The notes under the pieces are model-generated. The model was not told the origin of the DNA. It ran no database searches and saw nothing but the letters and a program-made list of their open reading frames with translations. A stretch of DNA of 64,000 nucleotides, taken from positions 64,081 through 128,080 of the forward strand of contig JBILQQ010000002.1 in assembly GCA_044373115.1 (NCBI GenBank), written 5' to 3'. Positions 17,031-25,381 of the stretch are shown here, piece by piece (positions within the stretch are counted from its first letter, which is position 1; each line of letters begins with the position of its first letter). Source of the stretch: Flavobacterium sp. Its GTDB lineage: Bacteria; Bacteroidota; Bacteroidia; Flavobacteriales; Flavobacteriaceae. The position numbers and the translations under genes are program-made.

Positions 17031-18608
17031 ATGAAACATTATAAAGATAATTTCGCACACAACTTATTGCCAAGCAACGATTTACAACCCAATTATTTTC
17101 AAGGGTTGTATGATATTGAAATGCTCAATTGCGTCGATAAACTACTTGACAATCACATCCAAGAAGGTCGAGGAAATGCGGTTTGCATACGAACCTTTGA
17201 AGAAACGTGGACGTATCAAGATTTGTATGAAAAAGCCAATCAAATTGCACATGTTTTAGTCGAAGATTTAGGTTTACAATCGGGCAATCGCGTGTTATTG
17301 CGTTCGGCGAATAACCCAATGATGGTCGCGTGTTGGTTTGCCGTTTTAAAAGCTGGTGGAATTGTAGTTGCAACCATGCCGCTTCTACGTGCAAAAGAAC
17401 TAACCACTATTATTGATTGTGCTGAAATTTCTCACGCCTTTTGCGATAGCGATTTAGCTGATGAAATGAATTTAGTCCAATCAAATTTTCTAAAAAAAGT
17501 TAGTTTCTACAGAAATTCCGATTTAGAAAAATTAATGGAATCCAAACCAAAAATATTCGACAATTATCCAGCAAAATCTGAGGATGTAGCACTAATTGGT
17601 TTTACTTCGGGTACCACAGGTTTGCCAAAAATGACGGCACATTATCACAAAGATATTTTAACTATTTGCGTAGCATTTCCAAACTATTCGTTGCAGCCTA
17701 CTTCAAATGATATTTTTATTGGAAGTCCGCCCATTGGTTTTACTTTTGGTTTAGGCGGATTGGTGTTGTTTCCAATGTATTTTGGTGCTTCCACTTTTTT
17801 AATCGAAAAACCGAGTCCAGATGTATTGTTAAAAGCCATTCAAGAGTATAAAATAACGATTTGTTTTACCGCTCCAACCGCTTGGAGAGTTATTACAACA
17901 AAAATTCAAGACTACAATATTTCGAGTTTACGAAAATGTGTTTCGGCAGGTGAAACATTACCGTTAAAAGTTTGGCAAGATTGGTATGATGCCACAGGAC
18001 TAAAAATTATTGATGGAATTGGCGCTACCGAAATGCTACATATTTTTATTTCGTCTAATGAAGAAAACATGAAACCAGGCGCTACTGGAAAAGCCATTAC
18101 GGGTTACGAAGCAAAAATTATTGACCAACAAGGTAACGAATTACCAAGAAATGAAGCTGGAAGATTAGCAGTGCGAGGAATTACAGGTTGTAAATATTTG
18201 AATCGAGAAGAAAAACAAAAGGAATACGTTGAAAACGGCTGGAACATTACAGGTGATATTTTCCGACAAGATGAAGAAGGGTATTTCCATTTTGTGGCGC
18301 GTGGCGATGATATGATTATTTCTTCGGGTTATAATATTGCGGCAATTGAAGTAGAATCCGTACTTTTAACTCATGAAAATATTTTAGAATGTGCCGTTGT
18401 GGGTTTACCCGATGAAGAACGAGGAATGTTAGTTTGTGCGCATATTGTTTTAAAAGAACAAGTAACGGCAGATGAAGCCTTAAAAATTCAGATTCAAAAT
18501 TGGTTTAAAAACACGGCAGCACCTTATAAATATCCAAGAGTAATCCATTTTGTGGATTGTTTGCCAAAAACAGAAACGGGTAAAATACAGCGATTTAAAT
18601 TGAAATAA
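17031..18608 (+). CDS. Aryl-CoA ligase (salicylate/2-aminobenzoate/benzoate--CoA ligase family)
   Basis: 525 aa; AMP-binding motifs TSGTTGLPK, GATE, YFHFVARGDDMI, PKTETGKIQR. Confidence 0.8.
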   Translation: MKHYKDNFAHNLLPSNDLQPNYFQGLYDIEMLNCVDKLLDNHIQEGRGNAVCIRTFEETWTYQDLYEKANQIAHVLVEDLGLQSGNRVLLRSANNPMMVACWFAVLKAGGIVVATMPLLRAKELTTIIDCAEISHAFCDSDLADEMNLVQSNFLKKVSFYRNSDLEKLMESKPKIFDNYPAKSEDVALIGFTSGTTGLPKMTAHYHKDILTICVAFPNYSLQPTSNDIFIGSPPIGFTFGLGGLVLFPMYFGASTFLIEKPSPDVLLKAIQEYKITICFTAPTAWRVITTKIQDYNISSLRKCVSAGETLPLKVWQDWYDATGLKIIDGIGATEMLHIFISSNEENMKPGATGKAITGYEAKIIDQQGNELPRNEAGRLAVRGITGCKYLNREEKQKEYVENGWNITGDIFRQDEEGYFHFVARGDDMIISSGYNIAAIEVESVLLTHENILECAVVGLPDEERGMLVCAHIVLKEQVTADEALKIQIQNWFKNTAAPYKYPRVIHFVDCLPKTETGKIQRFKLK

Positions 18609-18635
18609 TAATTAGTGCTAATTAGTGTAATTAGT
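18609..18635. repeat. Word repeat TAATTAGT x3 in an intergenic spacer
   Basis: Copies at 18609-18616, 18619-18626 and 18628-18635, directly after the ligase stop codon. Confidence 0.7.
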
Positions 18636-18652
18636 TTAAAAATAACAGAAAT

Positions 18653-19069
18653 ATGCAATTTATAAAACAAGAAAAAATCCGCTTCCAACATATAGATTAT
18701 GCTGGAATCGTCTTCTATCCCCGATTTCTAGAAATGCTCAATTGCCTAGTCGAAGATTGGTTTGAAGAAGCACTCGACCGTCCTTTTTCAAAAATGCACG
18801 ATACAAACGGAATTCCAACAGTTGATTTAAAAATTCAATTCAAAAACCCAGCACGCTTGGGCGAAATCTTAACTAAAAAACTTTGGGTAAAAGAGTTAAA
18901 AAACTCCTCAGTTCTTTGCAGTTTTCAGTTTGTAAATGAATCTGAAAAAACCGTCCTAGAAGGCGAAGTAACTCTTGTAAACGTAAAAATTCAAGAAGAC
19001 AGAAATAACATCAAAGCCGAACCTTTTTCAGAAGAAATGAAAGAGAAAATTATAAATTATAAATTATAA
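18653..19069 (+). CDS. 4-hydroxybenzoyl-CoA thioesterase family (hotdog fold) acyl-CoA thioesterase
   Basis: 138 aa; N-terminal RFQHIDYAGIVFYPRFLEM pattern of YbgC/4HBT thioesterases. Confidence 0.8.
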   Translation: MQFIKQEKIRFQHIDYAGIVFYPRFLEMLNCLVEDWFEEALDRPFSKMHDTNGIPTVDLKIQFKNPARLGEILTKKLWVKELKNSSVLCSFQFVNESEKTVLEGEVTLVNVKIQEDRNNIKAEPFSEEMKEKIINYKL

Positions 19070-19079
19070 ATTACTAATT

Positions 19080-19442
19080 ATGAAAAGTATAGGTTTTACA
19101 TTAGTGTTATTTTTGACAATAAACTGTTTTGCTCAAAATTCAACTTCACATTACAAAAAAGTGTATCAATTTAATGCTCAACATCAAGATTGGGCATTAG
19201 TGAAAACAGTGGCTAACACTTATGGTTTTATAGATACTAGTGGAAAAGAAGTTGTGGAAGCCATCTATTCTAAAATTTATGATTTTGAAATTCAAAAAGA
19301 TGGAAAAAAATACGCAATGATTAAAAATGTTGCTGATGCTTTTGGTTATATCGACGAAAACGGAAAAGAAATTGTTGAAGCGATTTATTGGAATAAAGAA
19401 GAGGCGATTCAAAAATTAAATTATAATTTAACTTCAAAGTAA
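19080..19442 (+). CDS. WG-repeat-containing secreted protein
   Basis: Signal peptide; two YGFID..GKE(I/V)VEAIY repeats. Confidence 0.7.
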   Translation: MKSIGFTLVLFLTINCFAQNSTSHYKKVYQFNAQHQDWALVKTVANTYGFIDTSGKEVVEAIYSKIYDFEIQKDGKKYAMIKNVADAFGYIDENGKEIVEAIYWNKEEAIQKLNYNLTSK

Positions 19443-19545
19443 ATTCAAGAAAATAGACCAAGTAGTAAAGCCGAAGCTTTTAATGAAAATAGTATAATTA
19501 AAATGAATAAATTAAATATATAAACCAATCTAAAAAAAAAAAATC

Positions 19546-20982
19546 ATGAAAACAAAAATCACTTTTTTATTATTAATTATGTATTCTTACTCGACTTACT
19601 GTCAATGTTTTAAATCAGTTTACGCAGGAGAATTTAGCACTATGGCTATTGGAAACGACAACAGTCTATGGGGTTGGGGCAGTAACGTAAATCGTAATCT
19701 CGGTTTTATTTCAACCAGTCCAGATTCAAACGAACCTACTCCAGTGCAAGTAGGTACAGATTTAGATTGGAAAGAAATAAGTATAGGCTTAGCTCATACG
19801 CTTGCCATTAAAAACAATGGAACCTTATGGGCATGGGGATCAAATGCTTATAGCCAGTTAGGAAATGGTACAAGTATCGATTTATCCACTCCAACTCAAA
19901 TTGGCACAGCAACAGATTGGAAATCAATTTCAACAGGGAGTTTCTCATCTTTTGCAATTAAAAACGATGGAACTTTATGGGCTTGGGGAAGTAATAATTT
20001 TGGTCAATTAGCATTGGGTGATAACAGCAATCGTAATATTCCAACTCAAGTCGGTACAAACACTGATTGGAAATTAGTAGAAGGTGGAGGGCTTCATCTT
20101 TATGCAATTAAAAATAACGGAACTCTTTGGTCAAGCGGAGATAATAGGTATGGTGAATTAGGTATTGGAAGTCAAATAAATACAAATACATTAACACAAG
20201 TTGGAACTGATACAAACTGGGAAAAAGTTTCATGTATTTCATATCATGTATTAGGGTTAAAAAATAATGGTACGCTTTGGGGTTGGGGTGCAAATGTGGC
20301 ATGGTGTCTAGGCATGCCAAATACTTCACCATTTCCTTTTTACGTTTTATCTCCTACTCAAATAGGTGTAAATACCGATTGGATTGATATAGCTGCTGGA
20401 GAATATCATTCATTAGCACTTAAAAATAACGGTACAGTTTGGTCTGCAGGTTCAAACTATTTTGGAGAATTAGGTAATGGAACTGGTGGAAGTATTGGAA
20501 CATACAATCAAACATTTACTCAAAATAGCCCAGCTGTTTTTTCTAATATATATTGTGGATTATATAATTCTGCAGCTTTTAATTTAGAAGGAGATATTTA
20601 TACATGGGGTAATAATCAATATGGTACAAAAGGCAATGGTATTATTGACCCACCGTCAATTCTTGATAATCCTTACACTGGGGTTGAAAACTATTCTCCA
20701 TTTAAAGTAGTTTGTCCAGCAAGTTTAAATGTTGAAGAAACTCCTTTGTCTGATTTTACTATTACATTATATCCCAATCCTGCTTCAGATTATATTACAA
20801 TAAACAATAATTCCGATAAAGCTATTTCAAATATCACTATTTTTGATGCAACCGGAAAAATGGTATTAAATTTCAATGAAAATGTAAATAACATAAACCT
20901 CAAAAATTTGTCAGCAGGTATTTATTTTGCACTTATTAATATTGATAATCAAATAATTAAAAAAGAAATTATAAAAAAATAA
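19546..20982 (+). CDS. RCC1-repeat beta-propeller protein with T9SS C-terminal sorting domain
   Basis: Repeated NGTLWAWGSN.(Y/F)GQLG units; C-terminus LYPNPASDYITI...LSAGIYFALI typical of Por secretion tails. Confidence 0.8.
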   Translation: MKTKITFLLLIMYSYSTYCQCFKSVYAGEFSTMAIGNDNSLWGWGSNVNRNLGFISTSPDSNEPTPVQVGTDLDWKEISIGLAHTLAIKNNGTLWAWGSNAYSQLGNGTSIDLSTPTQIGTATDWKSISTGSFSSFAIKNDGTLWAWGSNNFGQLALGDNSNRNIPTQVGTNTDWKLVEGGGLHLYAIKNNGTLWSSGDNRYGELGIGSQINTNTLTQVGTDTNWEKVSCISYHVLGLKNNGTLWGWGANVAWCLGMPNTSPFPFYVLSPTQIGVNTDWIDIAAGEYHSLALKNNGTVWSAGSNYFGELGNGTGGSIGTYNQTFTQNSPAVFSNIYCGLYNSAAFNLEGDIYTWGNNQYGTKGNGIIDPPSILDNPYTGVENYSPFKVVCPASLNVEETPLSDFTITLYPNPASDYITINNNSDKAISNITIFDATGKMVLNFNENVNNINLKNLSAGIYFALINIDNQIIKKEIIKK

Positions 20983-21017
20983 AATTTAATTTGAACATAA
21001 TTCATAATCTAAATTAA

Positions 21018-21998
21018 ATGGAATTCAAAAAATTTAAAGCAGCAACCGTTCAAACTTCGCCCGTTTTTCTAAATGTTGAAAAAACAGTCGAAAAAGCCAT
21101 TTCGTTCATCAAACAAGCAAGCCAAAATGGTGCGCAACTAATTGCTTTTCCAGAGGTATTCATCGCTGGATATCCCTACTGGAATTGGATTATGACACCC
21201 GTTCAAGGCAGTAAATGGTATGAAAAATTATATAAATGTTCTGTAAAAACTGATGATGCTTCAATGCAACCTTTGTTTCAAGCAGCAAAAGAAAATAATA
21301 TTCACATCGTAATCGGAATAAACGAACGTGGCGATAGCTATGGCGAAATTTACAACACCAATTTAATCATCGACAACAACGGAAAACTCATCGGAAAACA
21401 CAGAAAATTAGTCCCAACATGGGCTGAAAAACTAACTTGGTCTTCTGGTGATGGTTCATCGTTAAAAGTTTATGACACCGAAGTTGGTCCAATCGGAACT
21501 TTGGCTTGTGGCGAAAATACGAATACATTAGCGCGTTTCACCCTACTTTCACAAGGAGAATTGGTGCATGTTGCCAATTATATTTCCCTACCCGTTGCAC
21601 CACCCGATTATGATATGGCAGAAGCCATAAAAATTCGTGCCGCAGCCCATTCTTTTGAAGGAAAATTATTTACGATTGTTTCTTGCTCAACCATTTCTCA
21701 AGAAATTAAAGATGCTTTACGAGAAGATGTTCCCAATGTTGATGAAGTTTTAACTCGAAAAAGTTCAGCATTCTCCGGATTTATTGGGCCTAATGGAGCT
21801 GTAATCGGAACACCATTAATTGATGAGGAAGGAATAGTATATGCCGAAATTGACTTAGAAAAATGCATCCAACCGAAACAAATGCATGACATTCTAGGAC
21901 ATTACAATAGATTTGATATATTTGATTTACGAGTAAACATAGCTCCTACACGAAAAATTACTTTTATAGACAATCACGAAGAATTTAATAAAAAATAG
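21018..21998 (+). CDS. Nitrilase (carbon-nitrogen hydrolase branch 1)
   Basis: 326 aa; catalytic triad contexts AFPEVF (Glu), HRKLVP (Lys), LACGEN (Cys). Confidence 0.85.
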   Translation: MEFKKFKAATVQTSPVFLNVEKTVEKAISFIKQASQNGAQLIAFPEVFIAGYPYWNWIMTPVQGSKWYEKLYKCSVKTDDASMQPLFQAAKENNIHIVIGINERGDSYGEIYNTNLIIDNNGKLIGKHRKLVPTWAEKLTWSSGDGSSLKVYDTEVGPIGTLACGENTNTLARFTLLSQGELVHVANYISLPVAPPDYDMAEAIKIRAAAHSFEGKLFTIVSCSTISQEIKDALREDVPNVDEVLTRKSSAFSGFIGPNGAVIGTPLIDEEGIVYAEIDLEKCIQPKQMHDILGHYNRFDIFDLRVNIAPTRKITFIDNHEEFNKK

Positions 21999-22026
21999 TA
22001 TTAAGATTAGAGTATTAAGTATTAAG
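21998..22026. repeat. Word repeat (G)TATTAAG x3 in an intergenic spacer
   Basis: GTATTAAG at 21998-22005 and 22012-22019, TATTAAG at 22020-22026. Confidence 0.7.
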
Positions 22027-22036
22027 ATAACTTATT

Positions 22037-23149
22037 ATGCAAGATAAATTTTCAGACGATCAAATAGGAAGAGCAAGAGTACAGGATTCCCCCGAATTAG
22101 TAGCCTATTATAAAGAGCTTGAGACATTAGGTGCTGGTGCTTTATGGACTGTAGCTAATGATATAGAACCTTGGGAACCTCGTTCGTCATCCGTTCCAAT
22201 GCTTTGGAAATATGATGATTTACGAGATTTAGTTTTAAAATCATCCGAATTAGTAACACCTGAACAAGCTGGAAGACGTGTGGTTTATTTAGTAAACGAT
22301 AAGCGAAAAGACGTTTCGGCTGCGGTGGGATGGTTGTACACCGGCATTCAAGTTACGCGTCCAGGCGAAAGTACTTCGGCTCACAAACACAAAGCTTCTG
22401 CCCTACGCTTTATTATGGAAGGCGAAGGCGGTTACACGGTTGTTGACGGCAATAAAATAACGTTTGAAGTAAATGATTTTGTAATTACGCCTAATTCCAC
22501 TTGGCACGAACACGGAGTGGATGCTAACGGAAAAACCTGCATTTGGCAAGACGGATTGGATATTCCTTTAGTAAACGCATTGGAAGCCAATGATTATGCG
22601 GTTTATGACGACAAGCAACCTTTAGTAAAACCGCTAAATTATTCACCAATTACCTATGGTTGTGCGGGGTTAATTCCAGCTGATAAAACGTGGGACAAAC
22701 CCTATTCGCCCTTATTCAAATATTCTTGGAAAAATGTGTATCCTGCACTTTTAGAAGCCCAAAAAATCACTGAAATCAATCCTTTTGATGGTATTTTTAT
22801 GCAGTATTCCAATCCGTTGACGGGCGGACATGTAATGCAAACTATGGGTGCAGCCATGCAATTATTACCTCCAAGTTTCAAAGGAAAGGCTCACAAACAT
22901 ACAGGTTCATTCGTATATCAATGTGCAAAAGGTAAAGGGTTTTCCATCATCAACGGACAACGCTTTGATTGGAAAGAACGAGATATTTTCTGTGTTCCGA
23001 GTTGGGCTTGGCACGAACACCACAATCTTTCCGATACAGAAGATGCTTGCCTATTTCAGTTCAACGATTTACCCGTAATTGAAAGTTTAGGTCTTTTTCA
23101 ATCAAGGGAATTGGAAGAAAATAATGGACATCAAATGATTAATGAGTAA
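22037..23149 (+). CDS. Gentisate 1,2-dioxygenase (bicupin)
   Basis: 370 aa; cupin 1 HKHKASALRFIMEGEG...WHEHG, cupin 2 HKHTGSFVYQC..G.G...WHEHHN; N-terminal region typical of GDOs. Confidence 0.9.
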   Translation: MQDKFSDDQIGRARVQDSPELVAYYKELETLGAGALWTVANDIEPWEPRSSSVPMLWKYDDLRDLVLKSSELVTPEQAGRRVVYLVNDKRKDVSAAVGWLYTGIQVTRPGESTSAHKHKASALRFIMEGEGGYTVVDGNKITFEVNDFVITPNSTWHEHGVDANGKTCIWQDGLDIPLVNALEANDYAVYDDKQPLVKPLNYSPITYGCAGLIPADKTWDKPYSPLFKYSWKNVYPALLEAQKITEINPFDGIFMQYSNPLTGGHVMQTMGAAMQLLPPSFKGKAHKHTGSFVYQCAKGKGFSIINGQRFDWKERDIFCVPSWAWHEHHNLSDTEDACLFQFNDLPVIESLGLFQSRELEENNGHQMINE

Positions 23150-23161
23150 TCAAATAATTTA

Positions 23162-23253
23162 GGCGTGCCCCTACGGGTCGGGCTTTCGGCTTTATCTTTT
23201 GCTTGCCCCGAAAAAAGGGCAAGCAAAAGGATATCGCCTCTATCCCTCACGCG
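23162..23253 (+). repeat. Structured intergenic repeat, family copy E (plus orientation, after the GDO stop)
   Basis: Arms GGGCTTTCGGCTTTATC / GGATATCGCCTCTATCCC flank a perfect 13-bp stem, CTTTTGCTTGCCC (23196-23208) with GGGCAAGCAAAAG (23217-23229). Confidence 0.7.
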
Positions 23254-23332
23254 GTTCAGCGTCAAAATGAAAAATTGTATTTAAAAAGAAAACAAACAAT
23301 AATAATTAAACTCCTATTGACCCCTAATAGGA

Positions 23333-23360
23333 AATTCCCCCTTCGGGGGCTAGGGGGCTT
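23333..23360 (+). repeat. 28-nt GC-rich motif AATTCCCCCTTCGGGGGCTAGGGGGCTT (copy 2, ends 2 nt before the FAH start codon)
   Basis: 27/28 identity with 13358-13385. Confidence 0.7.
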
Positions 23361-23362
23361 TT

Positions 23363-24292
23363 ATGAAACTACTTACCTACAAAAGTAAAGATGTTGCAAT
23401 GCAACATCTCAACGATGAGCCAAGACTAGGCTTCATCCACAACAACCAAGTCATTGATATGGAAGATTTTGGAGAAATATCTAATTTCCCATTGCCAAAC
23501 GATATGTTGGATTTAATCGACTTAGGTTTTGAAATCATTGCCGAAATTACCGAACTCATTCAAGAAACCAAACCTGCTGATTTCGAACAAATTGCATACA
23601 ATTTAGACCAAGTTACTTTCCTTGCACCCATCGAAAAACCACGTAAAAACATCATCGGAATTGGTTTAAATTATACCGAACACGTTGCAGAAAGTGCTCG
23701 TACATTAGATACAACAGGAAAATTGCCTACAAAACCAATTATTTTCTCAAAACCACCCACAACGGTTACGGCTACGAATACGGAAATAATAAAAAATACA
23801 AAATTGACTTCTCAATTGGATTGGGAATGTGAATTGGCGGTAATCATTTCAAAGAAAGGGAAATATGTACCAAAATCTGAAGCTTTAGATTATGTGTTTG
23901 GTTACACGGTAATTAATGATATTTCTGCTCGCGATTGCCGCCGAGAAGGACAATGGATTGTATCTAAAGGGCAAGATACTTTTGCACCAATGGGACCAAT
24001 ATTAGTAACAAAAGACGAAATCGAAAACCCACATAACTTGAATTTATCGTTAAAAGTAAATGGCGTTGAAAAGCAAAATTCTAATACTAAATTTTTGTTA
24101 TTTAACATCAATGATTTGATTGAAGATTTAAGTACCGTTTTCACCTTAGAAGCAGGTGATATTATTGCAACAGGCACACCAGCAGGAGTTGGCGCAGGAA
24201 GAAATCCACAAGAATGGTTATATGATGGCGATATTGTGGAAGCTACTGTAGAAGGAATTGGAACGATTGTGAATACTGTTAAAGAGATATAA
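23363..24292 (+). CDS. Fumarylacetoacetate hydrolase (FAH) family hydrolase: maleyl-/fumarylpyruvate hydrolase candidate
   Basis: 309 aa; GLNYTEHVAE, DWECELAVII, GDIIATGTPAGVG. Confidence 0.85.
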   Translation: MKLLTYKSKDVAMQHLNDEPRLGFIHNNQVIDMEDFGEISNFPLPNDMLDLIDLGFEIIAEITELIQETKPADFEQIAYNLDQVTFLAPIEKPRKNIIGIGLNYTEHVAESARTLDTTGKLPTKPIIFSKPPTTVTATNTEIIKNTKLTSQLDWECELAVIISKKGKYVPKSEALDYVFGYTVINDISARDCRREGQWIVSKGQDTFAPMGPILVTKDEIENPHNLNLSLKVNGVEKQNSNTKFLLFNINDLIEDLSTVFTLEAGDIIATGTPAGVGAGRNPQEWLYDGDIVEATVEGIGTIVNTVKEI

Positions 24293-24300
24293 AGTTATTA

Positions 24301-24326
24301 CACAGAGAAATGCACAGAGAAGCACA
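24301..24326. repeat. Word repeat CACAGAGAA x2 (+GCACA)
   Basis: Copies at 24301-24309 and 24313-24321. Confidence 0.6.
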
Positions 24327-24331
24327 TTTTT

Positions 24332-24371
24332 TTTGTGAATCTTTGCGAAAACTTTGTGAATCTTTGCGAAA
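24332..24371. repeat. 19-nt direct repeat TTTGTGAATCTTTGCGAAA x2, starts 21 bp apart
   Basis: Exact copies at 24332-24350 and 24353-24371, ending 17 nt before the ATG at 24388. Confidence 0.75.
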
Positions 24372-24387
24372 CAAAACAAATAATAAT

Positions 24388-25137
24388 ATGAAAAAATTCA
24401 GAATAGGACAAATAGTTCCATCATCAAACGTAACGATGGAAACAGAAATACCAGCCATTTTTCGTTCACGAGAAACCATTTTACCTGAGCGTTTTACGTT
24501 TCATAGCAGTAGAATGCGTATGAAAAAAGTAACCAAAGAAGAACTCGAAGCCATGGACGCGATGAGTTTGAAATGTGCGCAAGAATTGTCAGACGCTCAC
24601 GTTGATGTGATGGGTTATGCCTGCTTGGTAGCGATTATGAGCATGGGACGCGGGTATCATTGTGTGTCGGAAGTAAATTTGCACCAAGAAACAATTGCTA
24701 ATGATTTTCCAACGCCAATTGTCACTTCTGCAGGTGCATTAATTAACGGATTAAAGGTTTTGGGTGCGAAACAAATTTCAATTATTACGCCTTATATGCG
24801 ACCATTAACCGATATGGTGGTGGATTATATCGAAAATCAAGGTATTAAAGTAAAACAAAGTATTGCTTTAGAAATTCCTGATAATTTGGAAGTTGCAGCA
24901 CAAAATCCGATGAACTTACTTGAAATTTATAAGCAATTGGACTTAACAGATGTCGATGTTTTAGTCGCTTCGGCTTGTGTACAAATGCCGTCGTTGGAAG
25001 CTATTGACCTAATTCAGGCAGAATGTGGTATTCCTGTAACTTCTGCTGCGGTTTGCACTACGTATGAAATGATGAAAAAACTAGGAATCGAGGCTAAATC
25101 TGCCATTGGTGGCGAACTATTAAATGGAACATATTAA
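24388..25137 (+). CDS. maiA: Maleate cis-trans isomerase (Asp/Glu racemase superfamily)
   Basis: Start moved to the internal MKKFRIGQIVPSSNVTMETE (the longer ORF from 24310 is encoded by the repeats); two catalytic Cys contexts GYACLVA and ASACVQMPS. Confidence 0.8.
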   Translation: MKKFRIGQIVPSSNVTMETEIPAIFRSRETILPERFTFHSSRMRMKKVTKEELEAMDAMSLKCAQELSDAHVDVMGYACLVAIMSMGRGYHCVSEVNLHQETIANDFPTPIVTSAGALINGLKVLGAKQISIITPYMRPLTDMVVDYIENQGIKVKQSIALEIPDNLEVAAQNPMNLLEIYKQLDLTDVDVLVASACVQMPSLEAIDLIQAECGIPVTSAAVCTTYEMMKKLGIEAKSAIGGELLNGTY

Positions 25138-25381
25138 TTGGGAAACCGTAAACGGAAAATTAGTAACTAATTTAAAGTTCAAATCACAAACTGAGTTGGT
25201 TGAATTCCTTTTGAAAGTTGCCAATCTTGCTGATGAAATGAACCATCATCCTGATTGTAAAATTCATAAAGCATTTCAATTAGAGATTTCATTATTTACA
25301 CATGATAAAAATGAACTTACAGATTTAGATTATCAATTGGCTCAAAAAATAGATGGTATAATCAATCAACAGAATATATGA
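25124..25381 (+). CDS. Pterin-4a-carbinolamine dehydratase (PCD/DCoH family)
   Basis: 85 aa; FLLKVANLADEMNHHPD motif; 14-nt overlap with maiA. Confidence 0.8.
   Translation: MEHINWETVNGKLVTNLKFKSQTELVEFLLKVANLADEMNHHPDCKIHKAFQLEISLFTHDKNELTDLDYQLAQKIDGIINQQNI

Noticed and set aside
19546-20982. Eukaryote-derived RCC1 gene transfer
   Set aside because: RCC1-like propellers with T9SS tails are ordinary bacterial secreted proteins. Composition is host-like, and nothing in the sequence supports a eukaryotic origin.
23203-23388. 61-aa ORF (MPRKKGKQKDIASIPHAVQRQ...) between gentisate dioxygenase and the hydrolase
   Set aside because: It is encoded entirely by the GC-rich repeat modules and runs into the start of the next gene. 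The basic low-complexity sequence is typical of translated repeats.
18609-24371. CRISPR-like array suggested by the short repeated words
   Set aside because: The repeat units are 8-19 nt, are tandem or nearly so, have no unique spacers of 25-40 nt, and no cas genes are present.
24310-24387. Longer start for the maleate isomerase ORF (MHREAHFFCESLRKLCESLRNK...)
   Set aside because: The extra 26 codons are the translated CACAGAGAA and TTTGTGAATCTTTGCGAAA repeats. The family-typical N-terminus begins at MKKFRIGQIVPSSN (24388).
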